Origin: Candidatus Omnitrophota bacterium
GTDB taxonomy: Bacteria > Omnitrophota > Gorgyraeia > Zapsychrales > JANLHA01
Direction of reading: 5' to 3'
NCBI GenBank assembly: GCA_963662715.1
Contig: OY759724.1
Span: forward strand, 1,178,662 to 1,242,661
Length of the DNA stretch: 64,000 bases
Below are positions 27,001 to 39,000 of this stretch, piece by piece (the first letter of the stretch is position 1; every line of letters starts with the position of its first letter). The translations under genes and the position numbers were made by a program. Under the pieces are notes generated by a model. That model worked only from the letters and a program-made list of their open reading frames with translations, ran no database searches and was not told where the DNA came from.

Positions 27001-30000
27001 CCGCTCCGATCACAATGTCATTCTCTTTCAATCCTAACCGGGCACGGAAATCACTATTAAAACTGTCTAATTCCGGAATGCCGGAGGCGAAGTTCCAGAC
27101 ATTCGGAACAATATGGTTTTGCTGCACAACGCGTTCAACGTGTTTGATCAGTTGTTCCGACAATTGGTCCTTCCTGGCAGTCTTGTAAATCTTGGCCATG
27201 TTTGTCCAGCGGTCGATCAGCATCTTTCGGGCAATCGGATTGATAAAGACCTGAATCACATTATCACCGTAAAGCGGGAAGGCCGTGTCCAGATAATCGC
27301 CAATAACGTCATTCAAACGGTTTTCCGGCTGATATCTCCGGCGTTCAAACCAGAAATCATGATTATGGTTAACAAAAAGGATGTCTTTTCTCTTGGCCGC
27401 AAGCTTGGCTGTTGCCACGCCTAACGGGATCTGCATCGGGATCGTATTGGCATTTTCAATCACCACCATGGATAATTGGTTGCGGTCAATCCATTTCTCC
27501 ATGGCTGCCGCGATACGGTCGGAATAAGCTTCCACCAGTTCGGCCACAACCAGGTTGATCTTCTGGCGGATCAGGCGGAGGACTTTCTTGTTCTGAACAG
27601 TTTGTGTGTTTGCCTTAAGGTCACCCTGCTTCTCTATAACATCAATGGCCTGCAGGATATCTTCTTTTTCACCCGACGCGAACAGATATTTCTCATTTTC
27701 AAGCACGTATTCAAGATCCGCTTTAACCTCGTCCATTGTTCCGAAATTGGCAAAGCTCAATCTTGTAATAATTAAATTAATCTTATTTTCATAAATGATA
27801 TCCGGGTTAACGGAATAGTCGATATCCTTAATCCAGGAATCCCCTCCGCCTATATAGGCATAAACACTCTTATGCATTTCCAGAAGAACATCGATCCACT
27901 TCTTGGTCTCTAAGGACACCCCGTCAAGGTTCCCCATGCGGTGTAACACAAAACCGACGCGGTCATGGGAGGCTGGACCAGCTGACTGTGTCACCGGACT
28001 TGAGCCAGAACCTTCTTTATCAGAAGAGACCCTATAAGCTCTCCATTCATGCCGCTTCAGGTTCCGCCAGGCATTGGTTGGTTCTATTCCTTCAGCGGAA
28101 ACGGATAAAGCATAACCCTGTTGCTCAAGATGCTGTAACTGGGTTAAGGTTCTTTCCTGCTCAACGCGTCTCTTGGCTTCATCAAAGGCGAACCAGCCGA
28201 CCAGGAGCGTCGCTCCCTCGCGCAGCATGTCACCGGCCTTCCGGACCATCTGTTTCTTAACAGCGTCAGACAACCCGGGATAAGACAGCACTGACATCAT
28301 GATCACCACATCGATCGAATCCCGTTCGATCTGCGCGTGTTCAAATAACGCACGGTCAATGGTCGGAACTTCAATACGGTATCCCTTTGCAAGGCTCTGT
28401 TGTGAAGCGAACGTCCTCCAGGTCTTGTTGACTTTTTTGTCCGGTTCATAAATAACAAGCTGTGCACCGGCAGACAGGAACATATGCTCCCACGGAACCC
28501 AGAATGTCTCGACATGATGCGCTCCCTTCAAGCTGATCGCATAATCACCCGGCCCCACAGAAACAACCCGGCTTTCCGGACCGATATTCAACTCTGTCAC
28601 CAGTCTTCTCGCCTGCTCGATATGAATCAAGCGGCTGTCATCTTCTTCCTCGTTCTTTACCGGAGAAGAGGTAACCAGCACTCCCGGCACAACCAGCGCA
28701 GCAACACCTGTCGCTTTGCCGTGCCCGGCCGGGAGCAAAACGGATAGAATCACACGTCCAGACACACCCCTGAGTGATACACTTCGATCCTTCTCAAAGA
28801 TGTTCCTTAAGACACTCTCTTCACTGTAAGCGATACGGCTTGTATTCCTGTCCGCTGTCATGCGGAAGACTTGCGCAACAACCTCTGTTAAGACGGCATA
28901 CCATAACGGCTGCGGAGGACTTAAGCCGGTATGCATATAGTTCTTCCCGGAAGCCTTTACGGCTTCGAACATGTCCTTAAAGCGTCCCGCCAACATGCCG
29001 TAATCCAGGCTCGGAACGGCTGAGAGGAGCCCTGTCAGCAGGCGGCTGTAATCTATGAAAGCCAGTCCTTTGGGCAGGATATCGGTTGATGTTGTCACCG
29101 GAACAAACGGCTGGCCTTGCGGTGTTGAGCGGGCGGTCCGTTTCTGATTGATCGGTTGAACCGGAGCCTGCATCAGCTGCGGCCAAACAGCCGGAGATAT
29201 CCAGGTCGGGACCAGAGGCATGATATCTTCTAACGGGATTTCGATAACCGTCGGCAAGGCCGGCTGGTTATGGAGTTCTAAAATCGGCGAGGAAGCCGCG
29301 CCATCATCGGCTTTCTTTTCTGCCCCTTCAGTTGATCTTTTCGCTTCGGTCTCTTCATACAACCTGCGGGCTTCCTCACTGATTGTCACTTTATCCTGTA
29401 TAGGCTCTATCTTCCGGCTCTTCTTGTCTTTTCGCTGCTGATCCTCTCGCTGTTTACGGTCTTTGTCCGTTCTGACGGTCTTATGCACCGGCTCGACTTT
29501 ACGCTCAACCTTTTCAACCGGGCTGCTGGAATCTGCTTTATTTTCGCTGTCCAGATCAGCTTCCCGTAATTCATAAAAGGTGTCAGGATTGATGCCCCAG
29601 TTGTTCAGGTAGCGCAACACACGCTGCCGCGGGGCATGCGTCCGGACCTGCAGGAGGTCTATCACTTCTTCATACAGTTTCACTTCTCCGCCCTTCACCG
29701 CCTCTACCACCAAGTCCCGGTTCTCTTCAAATATCTTCCGCTCCTGCTCATTCACGATAACGCTGTCCCTCACCGGCATCAGTTCTTCCGTCGGCTTCAG
29801 ATGCCGTTCCACAGCGTTGATCACAGGCTTAAGCTCCCCTTCCGACACCTCGCTCACTTCCGCCACCGTCAGGGCTGACAGCTGCGCCAATCGCGGAACC
29901 GTCACGTTAATCCCTTCCTTCTTCAGCCGGATATACGCCGCTATGATACTCTGGGCTTTCGCCGACAATCCTATCGCGTCCCCGTAATACGCCAGGTCCT

Positions 30001-33000
30001 TCGCCGTCCTGATCGCGTTCTCTTCCACCAGCTCCTGCAGCACGTCCGCCTTCCTGATCCTTCTTTCCACCGGGCTCGAGCTCAGGTCCATCCGGGAAAC
30101 CGGAAGTTCTTCACTCGAGAGTTCGACCATCAGGTCCCAGAAGTCCGGCATGATCCCTTCATAATCCGGATGGTCTGTCTGCAGCGTCTCATACGCCTCT
30201 TCCCCGATCTCCCGGAAATCCTTCATATCCTCCGCATCCAAACGGTTCACGTCAAACCATCTCTGACCTATGTACCCCCGGCTCTTCACGTCATAGCCCA
30301 GGATCCCCGCCAAGGTGATCTTCGCCTCTCGCGCCTTCTTCTCCCCGCGCGGATCCGCGTTCCACATCCGGCTCAATAACTCTCCGCTCTCCAGCACGCT
30401 CTTCGCGTCCTTCGGCGTCAGCAATGTCAGATACAGCCCTTCATTCCCTTCAAAATATTCATGCAGTTTCCTCGCATACTCCCCTTCCTTCGTCTGCGCC
30501 TTCCGCTCTGCTTTCGTGTACGAATAGTGCAGGTGCACATACCCCAGCTCCTGATTCGCCTGCTGGTTCGCAAACATCTGGTTCGCCACATACAGCGGCG
30601 ACGGATACGCATGCCGCGGCGTCCCAAACAGCTCAATATTGATCGGCGCCCGCAGATACTTCACATCCGCCAGCTTCGGCTCCGGCTTGTAATACACGCT
30701 TCGTCTGAACATCGTCTCGATCGGCGTTGTCCGCACCTTATCCCACAGCTCCTCATCCGTGATCCCGCCCTCCGGTACATTCAACGCCTTGCGCCAGTAC
30801 AACGCATTTGTTGGCTCATCATACAGGTAATCCACAACACTCCGACCTTCCGGCAGCACCAGCTGATGCGTCGGAATCCAGATATACCGGCTCGCACTGC
30901 TCCGCTCATCAAACGTGAACCGCACCGATGACTGCAGCTGCAGCCCCAGCTCTTCCCTGCGCTCTTCTCCGAAACCTCTTTCTTTCAACCCGGCATCCGT
31001 ATAGGTCTTCAGGCCCGGGAACGCGAACGTCCAGCCCTTGTACCACCAATCCAGCGGCTTGACATCCATCCCCAGGATATGCGGCATGATAAAATGCGTG
31101 AACTGGTCACCCTTCTTTTTGGCGATGATATACGCCCCGAACTGGATCGGTTTGGCAAATCCTTTCACCTTGCGGCTGAACACTTCTTCGATCTCATTGA
31201 GCCGGTGCGGCCCGTTCCACGGCCGCGGACTAGTCTCCCTCTCTTCGATCGGCGAAGAAGTATGATTGTTCATCAAACTCTCTTGGAAGATCGGATTGAT
31301 CCTCATCAGTTCTGCCCTAACCGCTTGATGCTTCATCTTAAACGGTATCTGCAGTAAGATATCAATAAAATCAGGTCTCAGAAAATATTGCCAAACGGCC
31401 GAATGATACTTCCCGGGGCTTTCATGAATTTGCAGGATAAAATCCCTCCAAGGAACAAATTGCATGCCGTTGACTTCTGCCGTTTCCACCCCTCTATTCA
31501 GCAGGGCTTCCTCTTCTTCAGTGATAATGTAAGAATATAAGAATGAGGTTTCTCTATTCATTCCTTTTGCCGATTCATAATAGAAAACATCTCCTTCATA
31601 TTTCTGCGTCTGTTCGTATTGACGGCTTCCGATCTTATAGAACAGCTTATAAATCCTGTATAGCCGCAGGAAATCCAACGGCATAACGCCAAGTTCTTCC
31701 TGGAATTCACGCTGAATCGCCTTGATTCCAGCTTCCCCTATCCGGGGATGTCCTGTGACAAACAAGCCTAAACGTCCCTGATAATCCTTTTCTTTGCGCT
31801 CCTGCAGGGCCAGGCGCTGTCCGTCTTCTGTAATGCCGAGGATGTGATCCGTTCGATGATGTGTGCCGTCTTGGTGCATAGACCTTAATGTCTTTGCGAC
31901 GCCCGTGGTTTTCAACCCTGTCGGTTCAAGGACATCAGAAACTTCACCGATAACAGGGCGGAGGGCCAGGATCAGCTTCGTTAAACTGGATGTCCTGATT
32001 CCCAGCTTCCTCGCCAAATGACGCAAAACAACAGCATCCTGTTGACCAAATGCCTGAATAATTTGTCTCTTTAACTCAGCATCCGCCTTGACAGGACTTG
32101 AAATAGACTCTCTATTCAGGGCCAGAGCATCCCGTTTATTATCCGTCATAGCGCTGCTTACGGCTTCTCTTCGATATCCGATATACGCTGCCGGTTCGCC
32201 GTCCACGTTAGACATCTTCAGGGCTTTTCTTAATATCCGGTCCATCTGAGTGGCGGATGTCACCCCGACCTCCCTGATAACCTGAGGTGTTACGCGGACA
32301 ACTCGCCCTCTTTCTCCCTGCGTTTCTCTTTCAACCCATTTCAAGACCTCACGTTCCCGGGCACCCAAAACCTGACCTTCCGGCTTCTTGGCTATCAGCT
32401 TTAACGCGTTCAGTTCAACGCCGTTGGTCACATCTTCCACCAATAAAGCGCCTTCTTCCGGCAGGAGATACAGGACGGTGTTTTGATCCAGCTGCGCTAA
32501 GGCCTCTTCCTTCGTTAAGAGACGGGCATCAGTGTTCCGGTAAATGTTGCCCTTTAATCCGGCTAAAATCACCCGCGCTTCATAATGGCGCAAACCTTCT
32601 TCCGGCTCAATGCCGCGGGCCCATAAGATTTCATTCAATGTCTGCCCTTTCTTCAAGGCATGAATCAGCTCCCGGTGAACAATCCCCTCTGTTCCTTCCC
32701 CAATCACCGAAGCGTCCTTGCGCATGCCAATGTCAGAAAGAGCATTTTCCGGATCATAATTATCACCGAGCACCAGGACCTCCTCAGGCCGGATATCAGA
32801 GAACCGGCGGTCGACATAATCCCATACCCGGGCTTTCGAGAGATGTTGCGCCACCACCCGTAAACGGTATGTGCCGTTGGTCACAACCTCGACAGGCAGG
32901 TCAGCCTCGGCAAAAGCCGTTCTCAGGACGTCGATAGCCATGTCTCTTTGAAGTTCGCTGTCGTAATAAAGGGTGAAAATGCCGTCTTCTCTGTTTCCGA

Positions 33001-36000
33001 TATGGCTCGGCCTTATCGTATCTAATTCCCAAATGATTTCCTGAACAACCTCGGCCTGTTCTTCCGTCAGAAGAGGTTCATAATCCGTCAATGGTTCCGT
33101 GCGGATTCCCCGGGCATCCGCCACGAGGCGGTAAGCCGTGTGCCCGGAAGCGGCGAAGAAGTAAATATTGTTTAATACAGATGTATCGATATCCTCAGCC
33201 GTTAAGTACTGGCGGATAGGCTCTAAGAAAAAGTATTCAATTTCTTCAATGTTCTGCTGGGTCACCAGGCCGAAAATCACGCCGTTTAATAACTGCTCGA
33301 CAACGGCCCGGATGACCTTGAAGCGAAGCGGCGTTAAGGTAGCGGCTAATGTGCCGTCGTAATCCGAGAGAATCATGCGCACCACCGGACGGGCCATGTG
33401 ATACAGTTCAAAATATCTGCCGTTCAAAACATCGGCCACGCGGTCCGGATTCGTATGCATGACATAAGGTCCGGCGACCGGCTTTTGGCCATTCTCGCGT
33501 AAATATCTCTCAATGCGTTGACTGAGCAGTATTCGAAGGACATACTCCGTTCTTTCTTCAAGGATGTCTTCATTCATTAAATGCGCTGCGAGATCCGCCG
33601 CCCACTCATCAATGAGATTGTGTCTGAAAATACGGTCGGTGACATCGGCGATAATGGTATGTTCGGCTTTTCTGATAATATCCTGTTCACCGGATGAGCG
33701 CCGGTTCAGCGCCAATTCGAATAAGGTCCTGATGCGCGCAGGGTGAAGAGTTTTCTGAACCGTTTGAATACCCTGAGCAAAGTCCCCGAACACTCCGCCT
33801 ACCTGCACTTCCCTGGTAACGCCGTCTTTCGCCGGTGATTCACTCAAGGCGAGAATAATGACCCTCTTGGCTCCGGCATTGAGGAGCAGATACTGCAGTT
33901 CAAGTAATGTCAGACGGCTGCCGGCATGGTCATCGAGGACCACGACGGTCTTGTCTTTGACATCTTCCGGCCGTTCCACGGCATAAGACTGAACAACATT
34001 AAGAGCCTTGCCCGGCAGACTCTTGACTTTCTTTTGCTTTTGAGCTGCTGTCAATTTCGTTGCGACATCGTTGCGGACAGGCGCCCCTAATGTCTCGGCT
34101 AGAGTTTCTGCCAGCGGAAGGAGCTGATTATACTGTCCTTTCATCTTCGGCACCGGAACGATATAATCCACCTGATCCGGCCGTACGCCGTGGGCAACGA
34201 TCACCTCGGCCAGTTCTTCGGCATATTCCCGGCCTAACTGCGCCATGGCAGAATCATCTTTTTTCGCCTCAAAGTATCTGTTGGACACCTCATCAACAGG
34301 GTATAACGGATGGCTGCGGGGATACAGGCGCATAGGTGCGACGGAAGATCTTTCCGTTTCTTTTCCGCTCATTAATCCGGCAGAGCTGTCTAACAGGGCA
34401 ATACCTTTTTCGATCAACTCGGTTGTCCAGTAGAACCAGGTGTCGGCCGTTAACTGATTCATATACGTCGAATCCGGGGTGTCCGCCCCGTTCTGCTGAA
34501 CTGTTAAAGCATTAAAAACACCGGCTTTGACAAGGTCATCGTTGGTCGCTATCGATATTCTCCGGATAAGCGTTATAAACGGCGCGAGTCTCCTGGCCTG
34601 AGCTGCAGATACACCGGCTTGCGTTTCATGCAGAATATTCTTGAGGATTCTTATCTGCTCTCTGAGAGGACGTCCGGGATATAATTCATCCAGGGTACGT
34701 CTATACAATGCGCCTAATTCCCCTTCCTGATAAACCCGTTGTTTGAAGACTTCAAAAGCCAAAGCTAGGCCGAGCCATGTGCCCGCAAATTCCCGCTGAG
34801 CTCTTTGTCCGGCGGTGCGATAAGCCGCTTCCGTGACCTGCTTGATGCGTCCTCTGGTCTCGCTCCAGCGGAAGAACGGCCCGTCTTCTTCCAACAATCT
34901 TCGATCCACCTGGGTTTCTCCCCGAAGGATATCGGCAGAGTTTCCTGTCGTTTCAAACGAAGCTATCAGCTCTTCTGTTGTGACCGGGCTGAATCTCGGG
35001 CCGGCCGGAGTCTGGATGACCCGGACCAATCCTTGCCGCCGCGACACAATCCATTCACCGTCCTGAATATCCGAAAGAAGGACTTCTCCCGACGAAGCGG
35101 ACGGCTGTTCGGGGGCCAATGTCCGGTCACCGTTAAAATTCTCCAGGAGATTTAATCTCTCATCGAGAAGGGTTCGCAGTTCTTCGCGGTCGCCCAATCC
35201 GAATTCATCTTCCACGGTGAGTTGCTGTCTGAAAGACATATTACGCCGGATAGCCGTCCAGCTTTCCAAGGCTCTCCACAAACTCCCGACCGTCTGCTCC
35301 CGGGACTCTTTCCGGGCGTTCAGGTCAGATAACATCTGATACACTTTTGCCGCAACCAGGTATTCTTCATCCGTTGCTGTGCGCAGCTCCCCTTCCAGCG
35401 TCGCGGCATACGGGCCGGAAAGCCATTCAAGGAGGCGGGCGAGCTGTTCTTGCGATTCAAGAGACGGCATAAGGTTGAATTTCAGCATCTGTTCAACGAC
35501 GCTCGGTAAGATAAAGTCTGCTTCACCGATAATATGCGCCCGATGCGCGAGCAAGTCCTGATAACCGTTAAATGGATCCTGCAGAATAGGATCATCGGAT
35601 TTGTCGTCGAAAACAAGCATCATCCGGTTTATCGTCAAATCAGAAGCCTCAAAATTGTAATCGCTGACCTTGCCGAAATTCCTTACCGGGATATCCAGCT
35701 TTGCCTGTAATGCCTGATGGAAACGGCTGAGTGTTTCCGGTTTCACGTCCTCAGACATGAGATAACCCAAATGCTCCGGTCTTTCGCCTCTTAAAAGATC
35801 CCTGACCATCCAGCCGTAGAGGAAGACGCTTCCTTTCACGCCTTCTTCGGCCACGGTCTCAATAAATGTCCTGATCTCACGAATTTCGATGGTATCTGTA
35901 TCAAGCCTTGTTAATCCATATTTATCCCGGTAAACTTCCACCGGAGAACTGACCGGCGCCAACACATCTTTAATATTTATGGTCTGATAATGCTCATCCA

Positions 36001-39000
36001 CATTGACCGGGACAGCCGACATGATGGAAACAGCGCCGCGCGTTGTGCTTTCAAATTTCCGGATTGAGCCGGCCGTGGACCGCGCCTGCTCCGCCAGATA
36101 AGCCCGGTATTCTTCCTCGCTTAACGGTGAGGAAGACATATACGTTAAAGCGCCGACCGGTGAAGAGGTTATCTTAACGGCAGATGTTTCCACGGACTGA
36201 GCCGCTTTCCAGGCTGCATATTCTTCAGCCGTGAGCGGTGAAGAACTCATGAGCGTCGAAGCGCCGACCGGAAAATCTTTTTCCGCGGTTCTTATCACCA
36301 AGTTTGGTTCAATCATCCTTAATGTTGACGGGGACTCATTGACGCGAGATGCGTTCTGTTTCCATTGACCGGCTTTCCGGACGAAAGACTGCTCTAACTC
36401 GGTATATTCTCCGAAGAAGGCCTTAACCATCGCGACAAATTGATTCCAAAGCCTTAACAAGGATTCGAGGAACGAGCCCTCCCGCATGATATCAGCGATA
36501 GAAATAACAACGGTTTCTTTTGTCTCCTCCTCATCTTCCACCGGGACAAATCTCAAAGCCACTTCCGCTTTACCTGTTATGTAAGCTTTTGCCAACGGAA
36601 CTTCTGTGATCGATGAAAGGGACAGTCCCCGTTCAGGGACAGGCCTTGTTAATTCTGTTGTATTCTTTTCCAGCGGGCTGGAAGAATCGTTTCTTTGATT
36701 CCGCTCAATAGAGATAGGATCGTCAAGGCCAAATCTATTGAGCATTTGGGATGCCATACGATCACGATATATAGAATTCTTCTGGGCTCTTCGATGCAAT
36801 TTAAATAACAGGATAAATGTACCCAATAATGCTAATATGCCTGGGATCTCAAACATCAACCTTGTATACTGTCCAGAAAAATCAATCTGCTTCAAATCTA
36901 TATCGTATTCTCGAGCAACTTGCTGTGCTGATTCTTCAACCGTCTTCCCTTCAAAGATATTTCTTATAAATTTCCACCCACTCCCTTCCTCCAACTGCTC
37001 AAACTGAATGGCAATCACGGCCCTTTGATAGCCAGTTTCTCTCGGGGTTCCTTGTAAATCTTCTGAAATAATTCGTAGTAATTGATTATAAATTGACTCG
37101 TCAATACCCAATTCAAAATGCCGCAAATAATCTATAGCATAAACAATTTTGTGTTCCACAAATCCGAGACCTCTTGACAGAGGATACAGATTGTGTGCTG
37201 TCTCATGGGCAACCAAAGCCCTGAAAGCTTGCTCCGAAGGAAGATCTTTCTGTCTTAAGAAACCGATGTGATTGTCATTACCATGCCCGTGCGTCACAAA
37301 ATTCTTTGCTATAGGAGATGTTATCTCATGAACCCTATCCCTTTGCTCTTCAGATAAGTATGGAGCGACCTTGGATATTAACGATCTCTGTTCTTCAACG
37401 ACTATGGCAGCTTCCTCTCTATCAAAACCTCTGGACACGAGTCCTTCCACAGAAGATGATGTGTCATTGGCAAAGGTTCGGGAGAATCCGAACAACACCA
37501 TGACAAACGTTGATATCATCAACAGCGTCTTCAAAACCTTCTTAATACCAGAAGAAGACAGTTCCCGTTCAGGGACAGGCCTTGTTAATTCCTTTAAGGA
37601 ACTGCCGGTGGTAACCGCATCCCCTGTCTCACCCTTTAACGCAGTTACCACCGCATATGTTCCTTGTCCCTTCACCCTTTCGTTGTTTGTTGATGAAAGG
37701 GACAGTCCCTGTTCGGGGACAGTCCCTGTTAATTCTGTTAATTCCTGATTCTCTATCGGACTGGAAGACGCGTCTCCAATGATTTTTCCGAGTAATTTTC
37801 TTGCATACGCAATTGCCTCGTCCTGGTCAATAAATTCAGGGCTGGTCGCAATCGTAATAATGGAAGCTCTTCTAGCGAGCTGAGCAAAATAATCCACCGC
37901 CACATCTTTTTTCTGAGCACTTAATCCTCTTAAGACATCAAGATCGACATCCAGCACGTTAAAGTCAAGTTCAGCCGCGTCAATATTTGCCCCTTCTTTG
38001 ATCTTATATCTTAGTTCGTCACGGACCATCAAATGGGCTTTACGGTTTTCTGCGTTGTACATAAAATGCCATTCCGTGAAGAAGCCATTTTCCATAAGCG
38101 GAGCGATAAAGCCCTCGATTCCCATGACATCCTGTGAGTGTCGGTCAATTGTCGCTAAATCTAAATCGGTCTTATAGAACAAATCTTCCTGAGACTCGCG
38201 GTACCGCCGGGTCATCTCGGCATCGGCGTGAGCGTCGATGTGCAGAATTTTGTTGGCCTTTGCCTTGATACGTCCTTCCTGAAGCATGAGCCACCAGAAG
38301 GAATAAGCATAATTATGATAATCCATCACCATCACAACACGGTTATCCGGCAGGGTCATAACCACCTTATTTTTCATGCCAATCGTTTCGATGTGTTTGG
38401 CCGGCAAGTTCGGATCTTTCGGACTGCGGTAAATATCCGGCTGAACATCATCGAGGGTGCCGTTAAAGACCCATCCTTCCGCCTGCCATTTCTGGTCCAC
38501 CGGGCTGGAAGATGCTTCCGGTGCTGCCGGCTTCAGGCTTCCTTCAGGTGTGAAGCTGAATTCTGCCGGAATGAAATCAATATCCTTACGGTTCAGATCG
38601 ACCCGGGAAGCATACCGGGCAGCAAAAGACTCCTGCGTCAGGCTCCACAATTCAACCAGTTCCGGATTCGTCCGGAAGAACTCCGGACCGTTAAAGATCA
38701 CTTCTCCCCGGTTGTTATAAAGAATGGCTTTTTCCAGCTTGGAGCGGGATATCGATATCTGTCCTTTGTACATCCTGACGATCTCCGGCTTATCAAAATA
38801 CACATGGTAGAATTCTTTTCTGATATACTCTTCAATCGTGTTTCTGCCGCCCCGGATGACTTTGGCCGGGATCTTGTTATATTCATCCGTAAAGACAACA
38901 TACTTGGTGTTTTCCTGGCCGTCGGCAAGGTTAATAATGACGTCCTTGGCAAAGAGGAACCCGAATCTGTCCTGTGATGACAATTGTTTGAGCCCTCTCA

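Noticed and set aside
36740-37010. AT-rich dip that might be an intergenic gap or gene boundary
   Set aside because: Codon-by-codon translation through 36722 to 36976 gives a continuous, stop-free hydrophobic helix (MFEIPGILALLGTFILLFKL) and flanking ordered sequence. The AT-richness reflects Phe/Ile/Leu/Lys codons.
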